From Tubiluchus corallicola (Eukaryota; Animalia; Priapulida): a stretch of 64,000 nucleotides of DNA. How positions within the stretch are numbered: position 1 is the first letter of the stretch; the number at the start of each line of letters is the position of its first letter. Both the position numbers and the translations under genes were made by a program. The stretch spans positions 496,001-560,000 of the forward strand of contig JAQGDQ010000034.1 in the NCBI GenBank assembly GCA_030141605.1, read 5' to 3'. Below the pieces are notes generated by a model. It was not told where the DNA came from and did no database searches. It saw nothing but the letters and a program-made list of their open reading frames with translations. This document shows positions 38,054-50,899 of this stretch, piece after piece.

Positions 38054-41000
38054 GCAACCTTAACTTTTAATAGTACCACTCCTTTGTAAGTACATTATTT
38101 AACAGGTGGCAGTATCATGATTTATAGGTGTAGTGCAGTGCTGTGACCTGTGTACAGGAATAAAGATAAATTTATTGTAAACATCAAATCTGTGAGATAT
38201 TGAAAATTGTCGTGAAATGTAGTGTGTCTAGCTTTGCTGTGTGTATTTTTGGCAAAATACATAGTGAGTGGTATAAATCGTTTCTTCACTGCAGTTACAT
38301 AATAACCCGAGTGATGACTGTTATTATTAATGCAAAAAATGCGATAAAAATAGTACTTTTCCCAGTCCATAAGGATAATGCTAGAAATGAGTGAATAACG
38401 CAATATATTTGTACATGCATTTTGTTTTAAGAAATATTTGTGTTTTCTACTTCACATTTAACAATAACTATTTGTTTTTTTAATTTGTATTGAACAAAGC
38501 AGTTATATGCAGTCTTACTAGCAATTTCCTTGTACTCGATAGTATGTGATTTTTTAACGAATCCAGGTAATAAAGTCACAGGAATAAGAAATAACCCTAA
38601 CCCAAAGATATTGAACAAAATGTAGTTTTTTCCCATAATATCATATGTAACTAGCATTGTCAATATGTACAACTCATGCATTGCCAGTTAATAACCGATT
38701 TAAAATATTTTGTGTTTTATTAATTTAATTGCTTATGGTACTTAAATAAATCGACTAGCCACTATAAACTGCGACTTTTTTCCTACCCAAAATTGTGTCT
38801 TTTTTTCTGTGACTTTATTAGCGGCCACTCTTTGCTTTGAACAAGGTTATGCAACATTACCACACAATGGTGGCAATTTTCATAGCACGTCGACACTGAA
38901 AATTTACAAACCCTCACAAGTAAAAAACTGTGACGTGCACATTAAACCTGGTGCTTTCTTGTGATGTATCATTCTCAAAAAAACAAACTTAAACAGGAGT
39001 TTTAAGAAATAGCAAATATTACAGGACTGCATGCAACATATTAATGTAAAGACTGCACTGATGTCTAACAAACAATGGTTGGTATGCAATGTTATTTTAA
39101 TGGATGAATACTTTCTTTAGCAAGTGTGTCATTCTATGAAAAAATGTGAAACACACCCAGACACCACATCAAAAAACATCAAAAACACATTAACATGGAC
39201 TATGCAAATAATATATTTTTTCAGTGATCCATTTTATAGTAATACAAGACGTTACAGTGAACATTACAGTATAGCAAAAGAATACAATAGAATAAAGGAA
39301 TAATGGAATAATATAAATACTGAATACAGATAAACAAAATAACACCTAGTCACAGAGAGAGAGACCATAGTGAGATACAAAACGTGATCTAACCTGATCA
39401 CACAATAAAATGTGACACATACCTAACTTTACTGCAAGATGTAAATGAATATAAACATCAAAAACAAATATTACAAAAATAAATGGATAGATGTTCTACA
39501 AAGTTCAAAATAAAACAAGAGATACTCAATGGCACTATCTCTACGTAATCGCATGTTCGTTTGGACTACAAAACATACAGCACAAAATAAAACGATAAAA
39601 AATTCACACTTGAATATGAATATGGTGAATATTTGGTACTATAAGGTCGGAATGTCTGATTATGGTTATTTTAAACAATAAAACATGAATTACTGCAAAC
39701 AAAAAAATTTATTGCTTTGCATTCACTATTGCTTCTAATTTAGCAAAATCAAACCAACACACTTTTGAGATACCGAAAAAAACATTTCCCAAGCAATGTT
39801 CTCATAAAAAAATACACGGCAAATAAATGGCAAACTGCGCCAACAGATGAACAGTTTAGGATAGATAAGCATTTTAGTTTCACAAAATATGACAGCATTA
39901 GCAGAACTGCAGTTGCAACTTTGGCCATCAAAAGTACAGTAGGTTTCCTACAGAGATGTAGGGCGATATTGCGCTTATTAAAGCAAACAATAATAATGAA
40001 ATCACAAAATTAAATAATGCACACATTACAAACTAAGGAATGATAGTCAAAAGCTCTCTCGTGTAAAGATAAATAAAAAAATATAAACAAAATAACAGAA
40101 AACCCTGATTCAAAGTATGTAATATAAATTAGTATTATTGTGTGCTCTTTGTTAATTTTATTTTACTACATACAGACCTATCTACAGTTCTAAATTACAC
40201 AGTACAAATCTAAAACAGGTTTCTTAAACTTGTGAATAGTTATGTACCTATATCTACAATAATCATAGTCTTATCTATTCTTAAAATGCATGATATATAC
40301 CTAGAAGTGTGATTATGTTTAGATAAATTCTGAGATACATGATAAAGGAGATTTTAATCAGAACACAAAAAAGACAACCGTTATTTAAATATAATATACG
40401 CGTTTTGAAAACAATAACTAATGACATTAACTATAACGGTTATGGCACACATTGGAATAAGAATGGCTGTTTTTAAGAGTTTCGCAAAAACAACGCAAAT
40501 CAATATTTCAGAAAAAACAACTGTGTCTACTACTCATAGGACAAATAAAAGTTGTTTAAAAAAAAATACAATTTCACTTTAACAAAACACACTAAATTAA
40601 CACAGACATACAAAAATCTTTCTTAAATATCACATAAAAGACAATTAAGGTGTGGTGTAAATGGCACATAAATTATATAAAATGTGTCAATGTAATAAAT
40701 AAAACTGGAATAAATTGACATAATTAATCACAAGACTATTTTAACATTTTGATTTAAAAGGCTCCGCAAGAGGCTTCAGACATAACTGTTAACAACAAAC
40801 ATTGCTAAATACTACTTCACAGTTGCTATGACATGCCATATTGAGCCTGATCACAACCAGATAAGTGACAAAGTTGCAAAGATTCACAATCACAACGAAA
40901 TCAGATCAATGGCTTATCGACACTGAAAGCCAAATCTCGAGACTCACTTAAAATTGCTTTTGCTGCAAACAAACAAACTATCAAAGCGGTTATTTAAAAC

Positions 41001-41452
41001 TGATTATCGAAATTTGAAGTCTAAATGCTATTTAATTAGTACCTTCGGTCGTTATAACGCCCACGCGACCAATAAACATATGACTGTAACAAAATATAAT
41101 ATTGACAGCTGCTGCTGTTGTTTGCCAAATTATTTCTATACAAGTCAGTTAAATGCTCGTCAAGACAACAATAACATTGTCGAAAGGAGATAGCCCTCAT
41201 CTCGTATCTCAAACAATGAGGACTCATACCAACCAAATAATAATGAGCTCAAACTGCTGTCATATAGTATGCATCCAGCAGATTCAATCTGACATGAGCA
41301 TTAATGATTGAGGTATGACACGAGTCAACAGAAGTACTCATGACTAATATCTATAGAAGCTTACGATATTTACCAACAGGTAATGATGCTGTTGGAAGTC
41401 AACTATTATCTACCACAGATTCACACACTAGTTCTCCTAGTACACACTAAAA

Positions 41453-44400
41453 TCATGTTGCGTAATGATCGAATGAGCCCAAATATTCCAAACTTGCTTT
41501 ATAGCAAAACTGATACTGGTCTTCGGTTTGTACCATGCACGGTCTCTGAGTGCGCAGCATCTTCACCGTCTGAAACATGTCGACAACTCCCTCATATCGC
41601 ATCCTCTCCAGCACAATACTGAGTGTAATGAAAACACCAGTTCGACCAACTCCGGCACTACAGTGAATAGTTATGGGACCATCCTGTCCAAACTGATCCT
41701 TTGTCTTATGCACTTGCCCAATAAAGTCAATGAAGCCCTCCCCAGACTTTGGTACACCTTGTTCAGGCCAATCAGTAAACTGAAACTGTCTTATTGTGCG
41801 TGACTGGCCATCTCTTGCATCTGTCACTTTGAATTCTCGGAGAATATATTGAGGCATGTTGTACTCTGCAATAGGGTCAACTACAAAATACTGGTACCTG
41901 GATGATCGTGCTCCAGGCCAATACTGGTGACACTTCTCCCGGCCCATCTCTCTCAGTTTTGTAAGCATAACTACTATAGTCGAATTGTGCTCCCACAGCA
42001 TTCGCCAAAAATCTTCTGTCGTTTCTGGCAGTGGACCTTGTGTTGCTATATAAGCATTTTTGTATCGGTAGCCATCGATCCAACTTGCATTGACATAATC
42101 AGAGCCGTCAACTCCTCTCACTGGTTGAATGCAAACTCTAGTTGCTTCATACGGAAGAATGTTCACTAATCTATTTTTGAATTTATTTACAGGTAGATTA
42201 GCACTGATGAAACGCGAAGGTTGAGCTTTCATGTTAGCTAGCTTTTTAAATTCTTTCTCCATGCCCGTCACATTCTCACCAGGCTCGGCCTGCATCAGGT
42301 GCTGCATGTGACCATATAAACTACGCGCGGGAACTTCTGTACTGCCGCTAGACACAGCTTCTAGCAAAGCATCATGAATGAAAATGTATTGGTCTTCGGT
42401 TTGTACCATGTAATTGCGCTGTGCCCGTAGACATGTGACATGTCCGTATATATCAACGGTTTTGTCATGGCGAATTCGCTCTAGCATTGCATCAATAACA
42501 ATAAATGTGCCAGTTCTGCCCACACCTGCACTACAGTGTACAATAATTGGTCCGCTATCTGGTGGAGTCAATGAGCGAACTCTACGCATAAAAGCTAGAA
42601 CTGGAGTCGGATATTCGGGCACACCATGATCAGGCCAAGCAGTGAACTGAAACTGCCTTACTTCCCTTTTGTCTGCATAACCGGCTCTAGAAATTAAGAA
42701 TGTTCGTATTGTGTATGTAGCAAGTTCTGTTACTTCTAAGATGGCAACTTGTATGGGCCCAAAAGATTCCGTGCCTCTCGCTGGCCAATACTGGTCACAC
42801 TTGATTCTATTTCTCTCCTCGAGTTTTGTCATCATTACAATACTAGCTGAACGTTGTTCCCAAACCATACGCCAAAAGTCACCAAATGTGTCAGGTAATG
42901 GTCCCTGAGTAGCAATATAAGCGTTCTGTTTGCGAAACCCGTCACAGTAATTAGCGTTAATGTAGTCGCTGCCAACCTCACTGTCCAAAGGCTCTAAAAC
43001 GACGCGCGAATGATCGTAGGCGATCACATTAGCATAGCGGTTCTTGTGTTTGTTATAATCAGTGTTTGAATGTTCCCAGGTGAACTGCTGCCCAGGTTCA
43101 ATAGACTCATATTCCTGAGAAAACTTCAGATTGTCATTAGCTTTCAATAACTCTATACATTCGGCTAAATTAGATATCGGAATTGGTGGGTGATTGATCA
43201 TTGCTGGTGTCTGAAAATTAAGGCGCCTCATTTCAACTGGATCTGTCAGGTGAGGTGGTGCATCCATGTAGGCAATCTTAGAAGGTTCGGGAGATTTTGG
43301 CAAATTTCGTCGTCTCTTACGATAAAGCACTAATATCAGAGCAATTACAGCAATGACACACAAAACAGCAGCAATAGGGCCAATAATTAACAGCATGTCA
43401 TCATCACCCGTTGCAACTTTTAACATGTCCATACCAAGACCAATCTCTTTTGAAAATGGACTAGACTTCTCCAACTCTTCTCCTCGTGAAGTAACAACCG
43501 CCCTTACGAAAACTTTATACTTCTGATTTTTAACTAGCTCCCTGTTGAAATACCCACCATAACGACCACCGTCACCAACCTCAAAATACCTCGGATGTGT
43601 AGGATAGCTATTTGGACTAAATTTTGCTGCAATGTAGGGAGCGGAACCAGGAACCTTACCCGATGAAACATGCCTGCCATAATCTCCACTTAATTCAGCC
43701 GTGGTATACTGATCAGGGCCCTTTCCAATCATATCAGTTGGTATAATGGCTACGAGGTAATGATGTATAGGTCCATGTTCATCAGAAGCTTTGAATAGTT
43801 GAAGCTTTATTGTGCCATGGGGAGTTTGTCCTTGATAGCGTGGTGCTTGTATTACTGTCGGTGCTTTAGGTGGAGTTAAAAGTGTTTTCCTAACTGGAGT
43901 TTGCACACCATCAGCAGTAACTGTGCTAATGTTAAAATGATATACTGCATTTGGTATCATATCATGTATCACGTGTTCTAAGCCAGCATGCTCAACGATT
44001 ATAACTCTTGGTTCTAGAATCACTGTTTCGTCTTGATTACGCTCATTAGTAAACTTTTTGACAGCTCTGTATGAGATCTGATAACTAATTGGTATGACTG
44101 CCACAGGCGGTTTCCAACTTAAAACTATGTTCTCGTTCTCAATCTCCGTCAATACATTCATTGGAACCACTTTAGGATCAACTGTTACGAATTCCATCTG
44201 AGAGAGAAGTCCAATGCCATTTTGAGTTTTAGCTCCGACTAAAATAGCATACGTGGCACGTGTTTCCAAGTTCTCGATAACAGTGGAAGCAATGCGTGAC
44301 CCATCAATATCTTTCTTCTGCCACAAGCTTTTGTCCTCAACTGCCTCTGTAGCATAATAGACAACATAACCAATCACAGATGGATTATCAACGGGAGTCC

Positions 44401-47167
44401 AAGCAACCTCAATAGATTCCAATGAAATTGCAACAGCTGTAACATTTTTCGGCAAAGTGGGTGCATCAGTTGGTGTGCGTATCTGTAACTTCCTGCTCCA
44501 AGGACCACCACCCCTTTTAGTATAAGCTTGCACAGAAAACAGGTACACCGTATTTAGTTCTAATTTATCTATAATTATAAAGTTGTTACTAGTATTGTGT
44601 AGAATCTTTCCATCTTTATCGTTTTCTTTAAAGTACTCCACCAAGAATCTCGTTATGTTTCCATTTCTATCTTCCAATGGAGGTGGCTGCCACAACACAC
44701 GCAGAGAATCGGGTGCCTCTAACATGTAAGTCAGATTAAAAGGAGCAGCATCTGGTATTCCATCTGGCGTAGTCAGCACTTTGACAGCCTCTTCACCATA
44801 GCCATCATTGTTCCTAGCTGCAACTTTAAACACATATGTAGTACCTTCATCCAACTCTTGTAAATTTATAGACTGAGTGTCAGGTTGACCATCCGTGGGA
44901 ACTTCGAGGATTTCCTGGACTTGCTGTCGCTGTGTGCCATAACGAATCCTATAACCTTGCAGCTGTCCATACATCTTTGTTGGTTTGCTGAACTCCACAA
45001 TAGCATTAATTTGCCCGTTCTTTTGTTTTAGTCTGACATCAATCTTAGGTGCATTAGGAACGCCACCAGGTGTCGTAACAATTTTGGGCTTGCTGCGATG
45101 ACCGTCTCCCGCTGTTGTAAAAGCAGCAACTTGTACACTATATCGAGCCTGAGGTGCCAGACCACCAATTTGCCACTCTTCTGCTAACCTATCTGGCACT
45201 ACAACTTTTCTAGGCATGCCTTCTGGTGTGGCATCATGCGGGGAAAGGCGTTGCACATAAATATTATAACCACGAATAATACCATTTCTGCCTGCATTTT
45301 GCGGCGAGCGCCACTCCACTCTCATTGCAGTAACATTTAAGGCGTCGACTCTAACACGTTTTGGCTCTAATGGAACAAACCTATTAGTCTTAACTTGAAT
45401 AGGATGAGTACTAACACCTTCACCCAATGGAGATCGTGCGGCAAGCCTAATCGTATACATTTTGTCTGGTATCAAGCCACGCAGCACGTAGGAATTAGCT
45501 GGTTGAATGCTAATGTGATTTTCCTTGGTGGACACAGAATTATTATAATAAAGCTCATACCGAATAATGTTGTCTGCTGCATGAAAAGGAGTTTTCCAAG
45601 ACAATTCAATGGCAACGGGAGAAATTGAAATGCCTTTTAGCTCTATTGGATTTGTTGGCACGCCTTGTTGAGTTTTCACCTGTATGGGAGTGCTTGGTGG
45701 CCCAGCACCTATACTGTTATATGCAAGGACACACACAGTATACATGTGCTGAGATTTTAGGTTACCAATTGTCACCAGTTGTCCATTTTTAACATCTTTG
45801 AAAGGCCACAGATTCATGGGAATACTAGCATTATCGGTGTAGAAAACTTTGTAGCCTCTGATTTTTCCATTGGGTTTTGTAGGCTGCGTCCACTGTATGA
45901 ATATACTGTTTGAATTGATAGGATATGCTGTGATATCCTGTGGCTCACTGGCTGGTGCAAGTTCGCCTGTTGTTGCATCAACAGTTTCACTTGCAGGGCC
46001 CCGGCCAACATTGTTCATGGACAAAACTTCAAACTCATACTCTGTGTAAGCATCCAAGTTTGAAATCGTGAAACTGTGATCGACAATATCGGTCACCTCA
46101 TGATATCTGTCACCACTAAGAGATGCTTTATATCGTACAATGTAACTCACAACTGTGTTATCATCAGGTGGAGACCAAGATACCTTTACCGATGTCGAAG
46201 TTACGTCAGATAGTCGAACATTAGATGGTGGCTTTGGTAAAGCTTTTACGACAACATGCGAGATTGCTTCAATCACTCCGAGGTCAGAAGCCGCCTTACA
46301 TGTATAGTTACCTGACTCTTGGACATTGGTCAACACAAGCACATTTTTGCCAATAGGAACAGTTTTATCAGGTGAAAGATCTTGATCACCAAGCTTCCAC
46401 TTGACATATGGCATTGGGGATCCGACTGCTACGCAAGTAATATTAACATCAGCCCCAGGCATGACTTCATAGCTTTTAGGTGGTATGGAGAAATGCGGAG
46501 AAACTCGACGGACACGGACATACAGATTAGCATCAAACGAATAAACTGTGCCTTTATAATTACTTGCAACACATTCGTACTCGCCATCGTCTTCCTCCTT
46601 AGCGCCAGTTATTTGAAGAGATCCAGCCATGCCTTGCTCTAATATGGTATAACGAGGATTTGACATATCGACTGGAATCAGATCTTTGAGCCAAGTTATT
46701 TCAGGCGTGGGATCGCCATCAGCTTGACACAGCATAACAGCATTTGTATCCTTTTCGACTGCTTTCAGCTGAGGATGGCTGGTGATGTGAGGAAAGCCTG
46801 GTGGCACTTGATCCGGCTCGACGATTTTAAGTACGGCATTGCTCTCTACAGCGCTGCCTATGCCATTGTCCGCTCGACACGTGTACTTTGCTTCATCCTT
46901 TTTGGACTTCAACGGGTCTATGCGCAGAATCGAACCTTCTTGCATTGGTATCACCATGTGTCTCTGAGCACCAATGTTTATGGGTTTACCATTTTTCATC
47001 CAGCTAAACACCGGAATTGGATTACCAACAGCCTTGCAGAAGAAGCTGATAGTGCCCCCGTTTACGCCAATTTCATCTCTCGGGGGCTCAATAATCTCTG
47101 GAAGATTCTGAGCATAGGCGACACAGACTAGGGTTGTGATAAGTGAAAAAAATGTGACTATATACAT
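41453..47167 (-). CDS. Lar: LAR-family (type IIa) receptor protein tyrosine phosphatase, single-exon CDS, 1904 aa
   Basis: Signal peptide MYIVTFFSLITTLVCVAYA, three Ig domains, about eight FN3 repeats and a TM helix (LLIIGPIAAVLCVIAVIALILVLY). D1 has KNRY/WPD/HCSAGVGRTG, D2 has WPE/HCSAGVGRTG, and the C-terminus is EYLGSFDHYAT. The ORF-track start at 47179 is a TTG; the first in-frame ATG is 47167, with an in-frame stop at 47216-47218. Confidence 0.96.
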   Translation of the reverse strand: MYIVTFFSLITTLVCVAYAQNLPEIIEPPRDEIGVNGGTISFFCKAVGNPIPVFSWMKNGKPINIGAQRHMVIPMQEGSILRIDPLKSKKDEAKYTCRADNGIGSAVESNAVLKIVEPDQVPPGFPHITSHPQLKAVEKDTNAVMLCQADGDPTPEITWLKDLIPVDMSNPRYTILEQGMAGSLQITGAKEEDDGEYECVASNYKGTVYSFDANLYVRVRRVSPHFSIPPKSYEVMPGADVNITCVAVGSPMPYVKWKLGDQDLSPDKTVPIGKNVLVLTNVQESGNYTCKAASDLGVIEAISHVVVKALPKPPSNVRLSDVTSTSVKVSWSPPDDNTVVSYIVRYKASLSGDRYHEVTDIVDHSFTISNLDAYTEYEFEVLSMNNVGRGPASETVDATTGELAPASEPQDITAYPINSNSIFIQWTQPTKPNGKIRGYKVFYTDNASIPMNLWPFKDVKNGQLVTIGNLKSQHMYTVCVLAYNSIGAGPPSTPIQVKTQQGVPTNPIELKGISISPVAIELSWKTPFHAADNIIRYELYYNNSVSTKENHISIQPANSYVLRGLIPDKMYTIRLAARSPLGEGVSTHPIQVKTNRFVPLEPKRVRVDALNVTAMRVEWRSPQNAGRNGIIRGYNIYVQRLSPHDATPEGMPRKVVVPDRLAEEWQIGGLAPQARYSVQVAAFTTAGDGHRSKPKIVTTPGGVPNAPKIDVRLKQKNGQINAIVEFSKPTKMYGQLQGYRIRYGTQRQQVQEILEVPTDGQPDTQSINLQELDEGTTYVFKVAARNNDGYGEEAVKVLTTPDGIPDAAPFNLTYMLEAPDSLRVLWQPPPLEDRNGNITRFLVEYFKENDKDGKILHNTSNNFIIIDKLELNTVYLFSVQAYTKRGGGPWSRKLQIRTPTDAPTLPKNVTAVAISLESIEVAWTPVDNPSVIGYVVYYATEAVEDKSLWQKKDIDGSRIASTVIENLETRATYAILVGAKTQNGIGLLSQMEFVTVDPKVVPMNVLTEIENENIVLSWKPPVAVIPISYQISYRAVKKFTNERNQDETVILEPRVIIVEHAGLEHVIHDMIPNAVYHFNISTVTADGVQTPVRKTLLTPPKAPTVIQAPRYQGQTPHGTIKLQLFKASDEHGPIHHYLVAIIPTDMIGKGPDQYTTAELSGDYGRHVSSGKVPGSAPYIAAKFSPNSYPTHPRYFEVGDGGRYGGYFNRELVKNQKYKVFVRAVVTSRGEELEKSSPFSKEIGLGMDMLKVATGDDDMLLIIGPIAAVLCVIAVIALILVLYRKRRRNLPKSPEPSKIAYMDAPPHLTDPVEMRRLNFQTPAMINHPPIPISNLAECIELLKANDNLKFSQEYESIEPGQQFTWEHSNTDYNKHKNRYANVIAYDHSRVVLEPLDSEVGSDYINANYCDGFRKQNAYIATQGPLPDTFGDFWRMVWEQRSASIVMMTKLEERNRIKCDQYWPARGTESFGPIQVAILEVTELATYTIRTFLISRAGYADKREVRQFQFTAWPDHGVPEYPTPVLAFMRRVRSLTPPDSGPIIVHCSAGVGRTGTFIVIDAMLERIRHDKTVDIYGHVTCLRAQRNYMVQTEDQYIFIHDALLEAVSSGSTEVPARSLYGHMQHLMQAEPGENVTGMEKEFKKLANMKAQPSRFISANLPVNKFKNRLVNILPYEATRVCIQPVRGVDGSDYVNASWIDGYRYKNAYIATQGPLPETTEDFWRMLWEHNSTIVVMLTKLREMGREKCHQYWPGARSSRYQYFVVDPIAEYNMPQYILREFKVTDARDGQSRTIRQFQFTDWPEQGVPKSGEGFIDFIGQVHKTKDQFGQDGPITIHCSAGVGRTGVFITLSIVLERMRYEGVVDMFQTVKMLRTQRPCMVQTEDQYQFCYKASLEYLGSFDHYAT

Positions 47168-47433
47168 TACTGAGATCAAATATTTCCAACTAATGGCTAA
47201 ATTACATTTTGGTACTTAATATCTTGAGAACATGAGATCATTGGGCTGTGATAGTTAATCTACTTATACAGTCTTGCTCTGAAATTATATTTTTAGTTAA
47301 TATCTGCTTCCTGATAGTTTCTGAGAATTCCCTGGAGATGGCTTCTCACATTGTCCTTGCTGGCCAACAGCTAACGATTAAAGTCAATGGCAGTGACAAA
47401 AGGTTTCCCCCTTACACTTGCATATTCATAAAC

Positions 47434-47452
47434 CTGCAAGAAAAATAAAATA
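47434..47452 (-). promoter_or_regulatory. 3' splice acceptor of a 5'-UTR intron (or outron) of the LAR gene
   Basis: Minus strand reads tattttatttttcttgcag|gttt, 266 nt upstream of the ATG. Confidence 0.7.
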
Positions 47453-48416
47453 GTATGAATAGTGAAACAGAAAGCATCAGAAACAAGCAAGCACAATCGC
47501 AATATAAGCTAAACACCTGTTTACCAAGTTACTTCTGTACCACTTTTCTTCCATATGCTATATATTTCTTCCCATAGTCCACATAAGAGGACTTTTATTA
47601 TTACAGGAAGTTTTAGAACATGAAAATTGATGACATCTGTTTTTTGACATGTACAACCCGGCTGGCTGATTTTTACTAAACCAATGTGTTATTACTTACA
47701 AGAACAAATCTCAGCCTTTTCACTTGTTTCAATAAATTATGCATAATTGTGGTATTAAGAGAATTTTAAAAATTTTTAACGAATTGCTTATATACTAGCT
47801 AACGAGTACTATAGACCACACTATGCACTTAATCCTGACTATTGCGAATCTACAGATCTACACTTATAATTCCATACTTATGACATTGTCAGCTGCTTGC
47901 ATTGAGGGCTGGATTATATAGAAATGATAAAGTTTTACGGCCTCAGAAATAAAGTTAAAAGTCCTTATAGCTTTATAGTTTCGTTAAACTTCTTAGTCTC
48001 TTCACTCCTTTCATTTCAAAATAAAACCCTTTTATTATTTATAATAAAAATCATAACTAATAAAGAATCTTTATTTGGAAATGTCTATACATGCAGACTT
48101 TTTTAATGACTTTATTACATGTCTGTCACAAACATAATTATAAACTCACCCACAGAGAAGTAGGACTTTTATCTGTTATATTCATCCAGACCTGTGCTAC
48201 CCAGGTAATTTTACCCTTTTGTGATTAAAAATTTAAAGAACCTAAGTACTACAGCAAAGATTATTTGCCAACAGTGAATTTTGCAGAACTCATTACTTTA
48301 ACAAAATAATTTTTTTCTCCGAAAGAATCTCAAGAAAATTTAGGTGCTACAAGCTACAATTGTTGCTTGTTAGAAGTCAGCCATGTAGTTGACACAACGT
48401 ACAATATAAATTAGTA

Positions 48417-49220
48417 CAGTAGGCACCGCTTAATAGACGCACTTGGGATGGAAGTATTTTGATCCAATTAGCCGGCGGATGTAGCCTATTACTACTATAG
48501 AAGTATGGGTCACAACTCATCACCTTAGTATGTATTGCGTACGCTTTAAACGAATCTTAGAAACAAAGTAATGTCAAAATTTGTATGTGCAATTAATATT
48601 TAAGAATACTAATTTATATAACTGAATTAATAAAAACAAAAAATGCTTAAATCTGATTATTACCACTAAAAATTACAAAAATTCGTTCACGGTCGGTTGC
48701 TTCATTTCTTCAGGAAGAAGTTGCTTTATGAAATTCTCTTACTGATATAAACACATTGAAAATCTGTTGCTGTACACGCAAAATACTTAGTTACCTAATG
48801 CTTGAGCCACAGTTCATGATACTGACCCTGTTTCCCTTTGAAAAGCAGCGGGAGCTTCAAAAGTAAATTGCTAGGCCAGTGATTAAATGTTTAGCTTTCA
48901 AAAACAACGTGATTACTGGCAATGGGCAGCGGCTCGCAGATTCAAAGCTAAACCACCAAGCTAGCATGATAGTGCATATGATAAACGTATGTGCTTACAA
49001 ACAAAGCTGCACTTAACATCACTGTTTCTACATATGTTACAGTGCACAAAAGTGAAACAAAAATGACATAAACATAGCAAAAGCTTTTTGGTCATACGCT
49101 AGTTAATGTCTTATTTTGAGTACGTAAAGGAAAAATATTGAGTCAGTTATGTGGAGCCATTTGAGTCAACCAGCGATTTTTATATACGTTTGAATAGCAG
49201 CGGCCGTATTAACCATGAGT
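48417..49220 (-). mobile_element. Tigger/pogo-like DNA transposon remnant (homologous to 20511-21031)
   Basis: Terminus ta-cagtaggcaccgcttaatagac and the shared internal block with 20640-20745 in inverted orientation. Confidence 0.5.
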
Positions 49221-50899
49221 CTAATAAATGGCACCCACTATATTAAAATTTCAATCAAATTAAATCACTCAGCTGCTTAGAACTATTACAAATTACAAAA
49301 CGAGAATGCATATTTTGAAGCACTAATATATTTTTATAAAAGTTTAGCACATCTTTCCAGTTTTAGCATTTCATAACTCACCAGCATAATCAGTATTTCA
49401 GTGTCATTCAGGTAACATACTAGATGTCAATGATATCTCTGCATCTTCTGCTTGCACCTAGTCAACTGGTCTTATGCGGCAAGTATCGTGCAAAGAAAGG
49501 CACATGTCTGAAGCTGCCACTTTCTGTAAGTCATAAAAATTAATTAAATCAACACTGATATTCAATGTATACTTATATATACTCATATTATGTATAAATC
49601 AGAGCGCTGATAATTTTAAAATTGTATACTACATCAGTTACAAACAGCTCCAGCTTTGTGTCAAAATTAAGTAACAATCTCTAAAATAAGAATTTCACAA
49701 CCGACGTTTTAAACTATGTGATAGGTACAATGGACATTGAAGAAAACACACATCAAATTTTGATTTAATGTATAGCCAACTGGGAAAAAATACATACAAA
49801 AATTTCTGCAAAAATACAAATATATATATATCATGTTCCTTTGATTAAACTCTAAAGCTCTTAAAAACTGAAAAGACTTAATTAATAAAAACACCCAAGG
49901 CCCCATTTCGTGAATGGCACTCGCGCAATACCTACAACTACGTACCACAAGATACAGCTTACAAAAAGTCCTTACAACTGTACCTAAGAATCACTCATTG
50001 TTGGTGTTAGTGGCAGAGCACATTGACTGCAAAAGTTGATAAAACGCACAGGCGGTTATCAAATAGTTTAAATCAGTAAACCAGATTTTTATTAAATCTC
50101 AGTTGGTGAACTCAGTAACGCCCGGATAATCAATAAACATGATAAACATCGGTAGCAAAACAAATAACGTTGAAACCGGTACTTCCAACTTTACTGGCAG
50201 CATCGTCATCGGCGCTATAGCTTGGCGCGACTGCCACTGAAGCAAAAATGCGAAACTATGGCGCCTTCAAAAATTACAGAATAGAATGCTACAGCAAAAT
50301 ATTAATGATTGTTTTGTTCGAAAATTCATCTATGACCAGACGCCTTGCTAATATCGAGTTAGCAACCATGACACTTAGTTTATAATACTTTAACTAGTTT
50401 ACTTGGTATGCTGTTTTTCAGTATTCAGCAGCCATCTAAAAAAGACTCAACAATGTAATTTCTGCATACATAAAACTAGAGGGAAGTACATGCATTCTAC
50501 TTATTAAACAGCAGACTAATACAATTGGAGCAGTGGCATTTCATCAGCTGCTACTGCACCTGGTTTAGAGGGTAATTTTCCAATCTGGTCTCTGGATACT
50601 CATGATGCAGGATACAGCTTGGAAATGCACCACCTCAACCCTGCCAAACCCATTTTGAGGTATCCTAAAAGATAATCGCCATGCAAGACAATTCGTTAAC
50701 ATATCATTGGTCAGAATTAGACTTTTTAAGAAATCTGCAAAATGTACAGGAGAATCTTAAATTTGTTGTCCTGATGTCTTCGAAAAAGTCTTCAATTAAT
50801 CTTACCCAATAACGGCACAACCCACAAAATTGCAGGCTTTGAGCGACACATTAGGCAGCCATACTGTAAATATTGAAGGCGTGATAAATTCTTTGTTGA

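Noticed and set aside
41383-47131. Numerous short plus-strand ORFs over the LAR gene, and similar ones over the other long CDSs
   Set aside because: These are antisense or out-of-frame shadows of long coding regions with no independent motifs.
10316-47167. Processed pseudogenes
   Set aside because: The ORFs are full-length with intact catalytic and binding motifs. I saw no poly(A) remnants or flanking TSDs.
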